NCBI GenBank assembly: GCA_963666925.2
Contig: CAXXTC010000002.1
Coordinates: forward strand, 21,983 to 85,982
DNA length: 64,000 nt
Source: Phycisphaerae bacterium
Lineage (GTDB): Bacteria; Planctomycetota; Phycisphaerae; UBA1845; Fen-1342
Reading direction: 5' to 3'
The notes beneath the pieces were generated by a model that made no database searches, was not told the DNA's origin, and saw only the letters and a program-made list of their open reading frames with translations. A program made the translations under genes and the position numbers. The stretch's first letter is position 1, and every line of letters begins with the position of its first letter. Positions 28,354 through 37,947 of the stretch are shown here, piece after piece.

Positions 28354-29133
28354 TTATCCGTGCCGGTGCTTCCACCAGACCAGCATTCCCAGGCCAAAGG
28401 CGCCCAGAATGGCGGCGCCCGGGACGGAAATCTGGACGACGAAATCCTGCCCCAGCGGGCTGGACAGCCCCAACAGTCCGTTGGTTGCCGTCCCACCTTC
28501 GTCGGCCACGTCGGCCAACCACTGGTTGGCCAACCCGATAACGCTGCTGTTACCGCTCAGCCCGAAGGAACTCTGCGCGTTCGGATAACCCGCGACATCG
28601 GGCCAATTCAACTGGCCCGGATTCGGAGCCTCTACAAGACCACCCGCGCCGGCGGACATTCCGATATCCCAGCCGAAGCGGAATGCGCTCGTATCAAAGG
28701 CCGCATCTTCGTAAACGATTTCCCAGATCGCTGCCTGAAAAGCCGCAGCCTCGACGGCACCGCCAGCTTGTACATCAGCAATATGCTCGCTCCAAAGTTC
28801 GCCGATGAAGCCGGCCTTGTCCGCGCCGATGCCGCCCTTCCCGGAGCGCCAACCGACCGGGGTCTGCCCCAGCGCCGCAACGCTGTAGGTCTGCTGGCTG
28901 GTACTGGCCGGCATCAGTTCGATGCTGAAACCCCAGCCCGGCACCGCGCCGCCACTCGTTTCGTAGCGGTGGATACCGAGAGCTGTGCTCAACCCACTGG
29001 TGTAGCCCGGCCCAAAGGCCGTCATCTGCAATGACGGACTGACGCCGGTGTGGCGAAGCTGCACGTCCGCCAGGCTCGTGGCAGCACTGCCAAGCAGCAC
29101 GACTATCGCTAATACAGAGACGACTTGTTTCAT
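28354..29133 (-). CDS. Exosortase substrate (PEP-CTERM-like, SVPGA), thioester-domain-like with Ser in place of Cys
   Basis: Signal MKQVVSVLAIVVLLGSAATSLA; WGFSIE, AAFQAAIWEIVYE; C-terminus GQDFVVQISVPGAAILGAFGLGMLVWWKHRH. Confidence 0.85.
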   Translation of the reverse strand: MKQVVSVLAIVVLLGSAATSLADVQLRHTGVSPSLQMTAFGPGYTSGLSTALGIHRYETSGGAVPGWGFSIELMPASTSQQTYSVAALGQTPVGWRSGKGGIGADKAGFIGELWSEHIADVQAGGAVEAAAFQAAIWEIVYEDAAFDTSAFRFGWDIGMSAGAGGLVEAPNPGQLNWPDVAGYPNAQSSFGLSGNSSVIGLANQWLADVADEGGTATNGLLGLSSPLGQDFVVQISVPGAAILGAFGLGMLVWWKHRHG

Positions 29134-29346
29134 GACAATCCCTGTCCTTTCCACTTGGTCCACGTAATCAGTAGTCCATTCGACTCCGGACTCTTCGCAT
29201 TCGGCTGATCACGTTGGCCGGCCCATGGCCCGCACCGCGTGATCTTCGATTCGCCGGAGCGTCCATTCCGCTAAGCGAATCGCGTCGCCAAAGCGACGGC
29301 CATCTCCTCGGTCAGAGTCAGACCGCCGATGGACGATCGGCCGGGG

Positions 29347-30063
29347 CTAGGACGTGCGGCGGCCGTTCCGCCACACCAGGCCCAACCCGAGCAGGCCCAG
29401 CAATACTGCGCCGGGCACGGGTACGCTGATAAGCGTAACGAAGTCCTGACCAGCGTTAGGGAACTGGTCTTGCGACTCCAAACCGATCAGGTTCGCGTAG
29501 GGGCCGAAGCCCGTCAGTTCACCTAGCCAGCCGTTGGCCACGTTGGCCACGCCGGAAGACAACCCGAACGCCCAGAACTCACCACTCCGGACGTCGCCGA
29601 AGCCCGGCTGATCCTGATCATCGAGTTCGTAGATGATCTCCCAGATCGCAAGCTGAAAGGCCTGGCGGTCGCGCGTGTCGTGATCACCATCGAACAGCTC
29701 GTTGTAGCTGCGCGCGTAGAGCTCACGAACCAGGTTGGCGCGATCCGCGCCCATCGGCTGCCAGGGATCGATTTCTGGCGTCGGAACCTGCGAAAGATCG
29801 ACAATCTCATACGGGCACGACTGCGAGACATACTCGCTCAAGTCGATGCAAAACGCCTGGAACTGGTCAAATGCACCACTGCCGTCGGGCAGGTTGCCCG
29901 AGGTAATCGTGAACGTGAACATACCCGCCCAGGTTCCGCCACTGCCCACGGGCGACTGTACGTAAACCCAATCACGGTCCGTTTGGTTGGCCCAGCCGGT
30001 GATATCAGCAAAGGCCACGGTTGACGCCAGTCCCAGAACCACAAAAACTGCTAACTTCTTCAT
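29347..30063 (-). CDS. Exosortase substrate (PEP-CTERM-like, VPVPGA) with thioester-domain-like motifs
   Basis: Signal MKKLAVFVVLGLASTVAFA; FQAFCIDL, QAFQLAIWEIIYE; C-terminus GQDFVTLISVPVPGAVLLGLLGLGLVWRNGRR; GAGGAG RBS. Confidence 0.85.
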   Translation of the reverse strand: MKKLAVFVVLGLASTVAFADITGWANQTDRDWVYVQSPVGSGGTWAGMFTFTITSGNLPDGSGAFDQFQAFCIDLSEYVSQSCPYEIVDLSQVPTPEIDPWQPMGADRANLVRELYARSYNELFDGDHDTRDRQAFQLAIWEIIYELDDQDQPGFGDVRSGEFWAFGLSSGVANVANGWLGELTGFGPYANLIGLESQDQFPNAGQDFVTLISVPVPGAVLLGLLGLGLVWRNGRRTS

Positions 30064-30069
30064 CCCTTT

Positions 30070-30183
30070 TCTCCTCGAACAATAAGCGCGCATATGCGCG
30101 ACAATTCACCAAAGCTGCCCAACATGCGCCAATCGCCACGCAACGGCGATCAGTCGTGGGCTCAGACTAGAACGGTGAGGAGA
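30070..30183 (-). promoter_or_regulatory. Predicted SD-sequestering mRNA structure (translational attenuator B)
   Basis: Anti-SD UCUCCUC (30177-30183) complementary to SD GAGGAGA (30070-30076), enclosing ACCG/UGGU, GCCCA/UGGGC, CUGAUCGCC/GGCGAUUGG and side hairpin CGCGCAUAUGCGCG. Confidence 0.65.
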
Positions 30184-30781
30184 TCTGCGGCGGACCGCGC
30201 GGGGCCACCGCCAGGGGAATGCATTCGAATGGCTTGGGTAGCACCGCTTCATCAACGAAGCGGATCAGATGCGGACGACAAGGTGTCGGGGTCGCGTGGA
30301 CACACAACGGCAGCGCCGACGTGTCGATGTCCAGATCCAGCGGCGTAGCATGCCCCACTTGGGCCGGACCACCGGTGTGATACCACTCGGGCAGATTCGA
30401 CAGATGCAGCTTGCGAACCGACCGGCCGGCCTGGTAGAGCCCCAACCCCGCGAGCGCCGTCAGTCCCAGCGATAAGCTGCTGGGCGCCGGCGGAAGCTCG
30501 TGCAATGTACCGGCTGACGCTGGTGCGTCAGCCGCCCCCGCATATGCCGGCTGGGTCAAGCCCGGCAGGAAGCCAGGCACAAGCCAGCAATGGTGGTCAC
30601 CATCTAACGACAATTGCTGCGCCCATGTGCCGACATCAGCGATCTGGGCGACGGCTACAGTATTGACAGGGGGAACTGCTGTTGGCGCAAGAACATCGCC
30701 GTGCCGCAAACCAGCGCACGCAACCACAGCGCTCACAGCGCCGTGCAGCAACACCGCAATGATGACTCGTCGGCCCTTCAC
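30167..30781 (-). CDS. Leader protein B: signal peptide, internal sorting-signal-like TM, C-terminal RGPP putative arrest motif
   Basis: Paralog of 27292..27909; ELPPAPSSLSLGLTALAGLGLYQ, EWYHTGGPAQVGHATP, APRGPPQISSPF-stop. Confidence 0.75.
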   Translation of the reverse strand: MKGRRVIIAVLLHGAVSAVVACAGLRHGDVLAPTAVPPVNTVAVAQIADVGTWAQQLSLDGDHHCWLVPGFLPGLTQPAYAGAADAPASAGTLHELPPAPSSLSLGLTALAGLGLYQAGRSVRKLHLSNLPEWYHTGGPAQVGHATPLDLDIDTSALPLCVHATPTPCRPHLIRFVDEAVLPKPFECIPLAVAPRGPPQISSPF

Positions 30782-30826
30782 CTGTTAGCCCTTTTATGGG
30801 TCGCCAACAACTATGGCAATATGTGT

Positions 30827-30856
30827 TTTATACTCGCGCAAGCGGCCGAAAGTCAA
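30827..30856 (-). promoter_or_regulatory. Putative sigma70 promoter for leader B
   Basis: TTGACT-N18-TATAAA 45 bp upstream of GTG 30781. Confidence 0.6.
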
Positions 30857-31244
30857 CTCTCAGCTCGCCGGAATTCGATATCCACGAAGATCTTACGAAT
30901 TTCATTGCGAATCCCGGCAACCAGCACTCGGTGCGTGGATCAGCCAGAAGAACTCTGACTTGCTGCCCCTCCTTCTACGCCGCAACGTCACTCCCGGGCC
31001 ACGCTTGCCCCGCCCGGCGACGCCGCCGCCCCACCGCCTGACCGACGTCTCAGTAGCTTGATACCGCTATCCCGATAAAAAGGTGGTCACTGGCGCCGCA
31101 GGGATATCAGGACGTAGTAAAGCCTCCAAATAACCACACCGTCACGCACAGATTTTGCCCAGCTTACCTATGTATTTGACCATTCAGGTAATGAGCGGCC
31201 CCTCTCCGTGAACAAGACAGGCAAACTCGTGCTGTAGGTGCCTC

Positions 31245-34200
31245 ATGCGCGCTGCCATCACCTTCACGTTAGTAACACTCGTCCTGGCGACGTCTGCGTC
31301 CGTGCTGCTGGTCGGCTGTGGCGGGGTTGACGCCGGCCCGATCGATTCGGACACCGTGGACGAGATCCTGGCTTATACGGACGGTGATGATCCCGACAAC
31401 GCCGGTGAACAACGAGACGGGGTTTTTCAGACCACGCCGCGTATCGGCGAGACGCCGCTTGAGGTCGCTGTCGCCGTTATCGATCCCGAAGAAAATGCTT
31501 TGTATGGCTGGGATTTCGGGGAGGGCACTGTGGCCGCGGGGGCCAACGCGTCTCACGTCTACACGGAGCCGGGCGTTTACGAGATCATGCTGGCGGCGCA
31601 GACGTCCGCGGGCGAGAGTTTCTATTCGATTGATGAGGTCTACGTCCTCCCCGATTATGACTTTGAGTACACGGAGGGCGATGATCCCCTGGAAATCAAG
31701 TTGCGTGTCTCGCCAGACCCGTTAGCATTCGACCACGGGATTGAGGGAGAATTCACCTGGTCGTTCGACGACGGGACGGAGACGACCGGTGCAGAGGCAC
31801 GACACGTGTACAGCCAGCAAGGACGCTATGCAGTCATTCTGACGTTCGTCACCGCACTGGGTTCGGTCCAGTGTTCGCAGCAATTGGTGACCGTACCGGC
31901 CTCCGACCGTTCGCAGGAGCCCGGCCTGTCCATGCTGCTCGTAACCCCCATGGAAGGGATTGACAGCAGCGGCCCGGTCGGCGGACCGTTTGATCCCGAC
32001 CATAAGTCCTACACCATAGAAAACACCGGCACGACGACCGTCGAGTGGTCTGTCAGTCTCAGCGGCGATTGGATTTCGTTCATCTCGCCGACGAGCGGAC
32101 TGCTGGCCGCGGGCGCGAGCGCGACCGTTACGGTGGCGCTCGACGAAGACGCTTACGACAAGCCGGTGGGGCAATACGAAGCGACGTTCCTGGTCGAAGA
32201 TCTCAACGCGGGCGAGATCGTGGCCCAGGAAATAATGTCACTGGCGGTCGAGTCGCCCAGTGAGCCGCCGCGAATCGCGGTGCTTTCGGATGAATCAATC
32301 TTCCCGGGGCGCGGCTACAGCCGCACGCCGACGCTGTTGCAAGGCTCGACCCCGGTTAACTGGGGACTGCTCGACGGCCCCGCCGACATGACTATCGACA
32401 CGAGTTCCGGCAAGGTCAGCTGGCCCAATCCGCAGCCGTCCGGCAGCTCGTTTCAGGTAACGATCATCGCGGTCAACAGCGTCGGTAACGACCAGAAGAC
32501 CTGGACGCTGACGATCGACGGGACGGAGCCTGTGATTGTCCCGCTGGATGACGATGCAACCGTTCCGGGAATGCCCTACACGCGGACGCCGCAACTCAGT
32601 GAAGGCACCGGCACCATCTCCTGGACCCTCATTGAGGGCCCCACGGGGATGACGATTGACGATGCCACCGGCGTCGTGACCTGGGCCAATCCGCAACCTG
32701 CCGGTTCGCAACACAACATCACCATTCGGGCCTCAAACGCGGCCGGCAGCGACGACGAGTCGTGGACGTTGACGGTTGCCGCGATAGCGCCTGTGATCGC
32801 GCCGATGGGCGACGATGCCGTTAACCCGGGGATGCCCTACAGCCGCACGCCGTCGCTCAACGACGGGACCGCACCGATCGAATGGACGCTCGTACAGGGC
32901 CCGAGCGGCATGAGCATCAACAGTTCCACCGGCGAGGTGAGCTGGGCCAATCCGCAGCCGGCTAATTCGAGCCATCCGATCACGATTCGTGCTGCCAACA
33001 GCGCCGGCAACGATGATGAATCGTGGACGCTGACCGTTAGTGCGATCGCGCCGGTAATTGCGCCGATGGGCGACGATGCCGTCGATCCGGGACAGGCCTA
33101 TAGCCGCACGCCGTCACTCAACGACGGAACCGCGCCGATCGAATGGACGCTCGTGCAGGGTCCGAGCGGCATGAGCATCAACAGTTCCACCGGCGAGGTA
33201 ACTTGGGACGATCCGCAGCCCGCAGATTCACAGCACACCATCACCATTCGCGCGACGAACAGCGCCGGCAGCGACGATGAATCGTGGACGTTGACCGTCG
33301 CTGCGGTCGCCCCCGTGATCACGCCGCTGAACGACGATGCCGTCGATCCGGGACAGGCGTACAGCAGAACGCCGACGCTGAACGAAGGCTCGGCCCCAGT
33401 AACCTGGAGCCTGGTCCAGGGGCCGGCCGGCATGAGCATCAACTCGTCCACCGGCACGGCAAGTTGGACTAATCCGCAGCCCGAGGATTCACAGCACACC
33501 ATCACCATTCGCGCGACGAACAGTGCCGGCAGCGACGATGAATCGTGGACGTTGACCGTCGCTGCGGTCGCCCCCGTGATCACGCCGCTGAACGACGATG
33601 CCGTCGATCCAGGAGAGGCGTACAGCAGAACGCCGACGCTGAGCGAAGGCTCGGCCCCAGTAACCTGGAGCCTGGTCCAGGGCCCGGCCGGCATGAGCAT
33701 TAACAGCTCTACCGGCCAGGTGAGTTGGACCAATCCGCAGCCGGCGGATTCGCAGCACACCGTCACCATTCGAGCAACCAACAGCGCCGGCAGTGATGAC
33801 GAATCGTGGACGCTGACCGTTGCTGCGGTCGCACCCGTGATCGCGCCGCTGAACGACGATGCCGTCGATCCGGGAGAGGCGTACAGCAGAACGCCGGCGC
33901 TAAGCGAAGGCTCGGCCCCGATAACCTGGACGCTCGTTCAGGGGCCGAGTGGCATGAGCATCAACTCGTCCACCGGCACGGTGAGCTGGACCAATCCGCA
34001 GCCGGCGGATTCTCAGCACACCGTTACCATTCGAGCGACCAACAGCGCCGGCAGCGATGACGAATCGTGGACGCTAACCGTTGCTGCGATCGCCCCCGTG
34101 ATCGCGCCGCTGAACGACGATGCCGTCGATCCAGGAGAGGCGTACAGTAGAACGCCGACGCTGAGCGAAGGCTCGGCCCCAATAACCTGGAGCCTGGTCC

Positions 34201-37200
34201 AGGGGCCGGCCGGCATGAGCATTAACAGCGTCTACCGGCCACGGTGAGCTGGACCAATCCGCAGCCGGCGGATTCGCAGCACACCATCACCATTCGCGCG
34301 ACCAACAGCGCCGGCAGCGATGACGAATCGTGGACGTTGACGGTCAACTGCGCTCGCGCCGGTGATTGCACGCGATGAACGACGACTGCGGTCAATCCGG
34401 GACAGGCTTACAGCCGCACGCCATCACTCGACGAAGGCACTACGCCGGTACTCTGGACGCTGGTCGAGCACCCGAACGGCATGACGATCAACGGCTCTAC
34501 CGGCCAGGTAAGCTGGACCGATCCGCAGCCCGCGGACTCGCAGCACACCATCACCATTCGCGCGACCAACAGTGCCGGCAGTGATGACGAATCGTGGACG
34601 TTGACGGTCAACGCGCTCGCGCCGGTTATTGCCGCGATGAACGACGACTCGGTCAATCCGGGACAGGCGTACAGCCGCACGCCGGCGCTGAGCGAAGGCT
34701 CGGCCCCGATAACCTGGACGCTCGTTCAGGGGCCGAGTGGCATGAGCATCAACTCGTCCACCGGCACGGTGAGTTGGACTGATCCGCAGCCCGCGGATTC
34801 ACAGCACACCATCACCATTCGCGCGACCAACAGCGCCGGCAGCGATGACGAATCGTGGACGCTGACCGTTGCTGCGATCGCCCCGGTGATCGTCGCGATG
34901 AGCGACGACTCGGTCGATCCGGGGCAGGCGTACAGCCGCACCCCGTCACTCGACGAAGGCACTACGCCGGTACTCTGGACGCTGGGCGAGCACCCGGACG
35001 GCATGACGATCAACGGCTCTACCGGCCAGGTAAGCTGGACCAATCCGCAGCCCGCGGACTCGCAGCACACCGTTACCATTCGAGCAACCAACAGTGCCGG
35101 CAGCGATGATGAGTCATGGACGCTGACGGTTAACGCCGAGAGCGCCGACTGTGAAACGGCCACGACGGAGTGGCAAAACTTCGAGATCGAATCGCAGAAC
35201 GGCCTATTCACGGTGGAATACGACGCGGTGCCGCTTGGTGCGGCCATCGACGGCGTTACGGCGCTGTCGTCCGGGGTCGCGTCGGCCCACGCCGACTGTG
35301 CGGTGCTGATTCGCTTCAGCAGCGCCGGCCAGATTGACGCGCGCGATGGCAGCAGCTACCGGTCTGACGCGGCCGTCTCGTACGCGAGCGGAACGACGTA
35401 TCACTTCCGTGTCGTCGTCAACGTTCCTGGCCATACCTACAGCGTGTACGTCACGCCGGAGGGATCCGGCGAACAAACGCTGGCCGTCGATTATGCGTTC
35501 AGGACGGAACAGGCCGGCGTGACGACGCTGGATCATTGGGCCCTGATGGAAGAAACGGGAACCGGGTTCGACGTGTGTGACTTCACGCTCGTATCGGCAC
35601 CGCGACTGCTGTCGGTTTCGCCCAGCAACACTTTCGAGAGCAGCGGCGACGAGGGCGGTCCGTTCACGCCGGGCGCCAAGGTCTACACGCTAGAGAACCA
35701 GGGCGCCGAGTCGCTGAACTGGTCGGTATCGGTCGACGCCAACTGGCTAACGCTGTCACCAGCGACGTCGGGCGGCCTGGCCGGCGGAGCAACCACGACG
35801 ATAACGGCGACGATCAACGGAAACGCTGACGCGCTCGAGTCCGGGAGCTACACGGCACAGATCGACTTCGTCAACGAAACGGACGGCGTCGGAGATACGT
35901 CACGGGCGGTCGCGCTGGAGATCTCCGGCCTGACGGCGCCCGTGATTGCAGCCATCGGCAACCACACGACGCAGCCCGGGGAAAGCTACAGCCGAACGGC
36001 GACGCTCACGCAGGGAACGCTGCCCGTGACCTGGACCTCTGACGACCGGGCCGAGCGGCCCTGGCGATCGACGCCGACACCGGCGTGGTGACGTGGGCTG
36101 ATCCGCAGACGCCGGAGTCCGAGCATACGATCACCATCCGCGCTACGAACTCGGCCGGTTACGACGAGGAAAGCTGGCAACTGACCATCGGCGACGGCGA
36201 GACGCAGACGGCGGGCTCGATAACGCACGACGGCATCACCTGGACGTTCGACGGTGACTACCAGGTCGGCCAGTTTGTGACGGGCGACTGGTGGGTGATT
36301 CCGCCGACGCCAGACGGCACGGTAACGGTCGTGGCGATCACCAAGCCGCACAGCACGAACGGCCGCGACGGCTCGATGTTGAACCCAATGGGCGCAACTG
36401 GTCACGGCTACGACGCGCGGCTGTTGTGGTACGACTCGTCCCTGGATGTGTCGCGCTCGTTGCCGCTGATTATGTCGGCCGATCAATCACTGGTCTCGAC
36501 GATCAGTTGGGAAGCGGGCGAGGATGGCTGTCCGTCGGTGGTTGGCGACAAGCCGCGACCGACGGTGCGGCGGGCCTGTGTGCTGACGTGCCTGGGCACG
36601 GCACCCGCGGCGGATGCGTTCCGCCCCGCGTACGCCGGCACTGACAAGCGTGTTTTCCAGGCCAGCGCACTGCGGATGGACCTGTTCCCGAACCTGACCG
36701 CGCCGGCGTCGACGCCGAGCGTGGCCAGCCTGGAAGCATACTTCGAGCGCGTCTGGCTGGATCACGGCGTGAACTACTACTTCAACGAATACATCCACCC
36801 CAGCGACAACATGCCCTGGTACGGTCAGCCGATGGCCGGTCAGGTCGGCGAGGCGGCGGCGGCACTGCTGCTGAACATCGACTCGGAATCCAAGCGCCAA
36901 CTCCTGCTCAAGCTGTGCCAGTTGGGCATCGACAACTACGGGGCAGCAGCGGCCGGCGCCTGCTGGCCGGCAAACGGCGGCCACGGCAGCGGACGCAAGT
37001 TCCCGATTCTGCTAGCCGGTCTGGTGCTGAACGATGCCGACATGCTCAACGTCTCGGCCAATTCGCACAGCATGTCCTCATGGCGCTTCGGCGAGGACGA
37101 GCAGACGTTCTACGTGACGAGCGGAAGGCACGCCCGACGGCGGAATCGACGGCCTCAGCACGACCGCACGCGGGTACTCCTACCAAGCCGGCGGCACCGC

Positions 37201-37723
37201 GCGGAGCGGAACCGCCAGCACCATCCAACTAGCATCGAACCACTCCTGCGCCGACTCGTACTCGGTGCTCGACCACACGATCATGATCACCGGCGGCACC
37301 GGTGCTGGCCAGTCCCGCGTCATTAACGACCGCTCGCACTGGTTTGACGCGTCGCCCAACGACAAGGTCGTCGGCATCACGCCCGACTGGGACGTCGTGC
37401 CTGACTCGACCTCCCAGTACATGATCGTCAGCGGCCCGCTGGACTTCCTGTCGCCCGGCGACCCGGAATACGGCATCCGCCACTACGCCGAGCCGGTGAA
37501 CGACAACCACGCATTTACCCAGTCGGTCTACCGGCAATGCTGCACGGCCAACGCCTGGCCGGGCTACATCCTGGCGGCCCGCGCCTTGGGACTCCAGGAC
37601 GAGTGGGACCACGACGCGTTGTTCGACTACACCGCCCGCTACATGAACACCATGACCGGCACGTTCCGCTGCTGGTCGGAGTTCACGGAAGATATGTGGG
37701 ATACGTACGAGGCGAACTACTAA
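31245..37723 (+). CDS. Giant surface lipoprotein (~2100 aa): 2 PKD, BACON-like, 12 Ig/cadherin-like (He_PIG-type) repeats, beta-sandwich, C-terminal putative catalytic domain; broken by frameshifts
   Basis: Lipobox LVGC; WDFGEG/WSFDDG PKD motifs. ORFs 31245-34247, 34481-36091, 36085-37326 and 37265-37723 join once extra single bases near 34230-34388, 36038-36061 and 37120-37260 are removed. Confidence 0.75.
32265..35140 (+). repeat. Eleven tandem 261-bp (87-aa) Ig-like coding repeats; a twelfth copy at ~35935-36190
   Basis: Unit APVI.PLNDDAVDPG.AYSRTP.L.EG.AP..W.LVQGP.GMSINSSTG.VSW..PQP..SQHTITIRATNSAGSDDESWTLTV; period 261 (e.g. 33310 vs 33571). Confidence 0.9.
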
Positions 37724-37758
37724 CCGCCCGTTCAACGAACAAACCGTAAACACGCACG

Positions 37759-37794
37759 CAGCGGGGTGACCACGAACACGCGGTCGCCCCGCTG
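37759..37794. terminator. Hairpin between convergent genes
   Basis: CAGCGGGGTGACC-N10-GGTCGCCCCGCTG. Confidence 0.5.
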
Positions 37795-37947
37795 GCGTCG
37801 TTGATGCTCAGCGTGCAAACAAACCGCGAGTGTTCCCGGATGGCGACCGGGCCGCACGAAGGACTCGCGTGTGGGGGGGAATTCAAGCGCTACGAGCGAT
37901 AGGCCGCAGCAAGTGTGCAGCGATCAACGTAGCCAGAGGGGTGGGGA

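Noticed and set aside
32265..35140. Possible CRISPR or non-coding repeat array
   Set aside because: The 261-bp units have no spacers and encode in-frame Ig-like domains; no cas genes are present.
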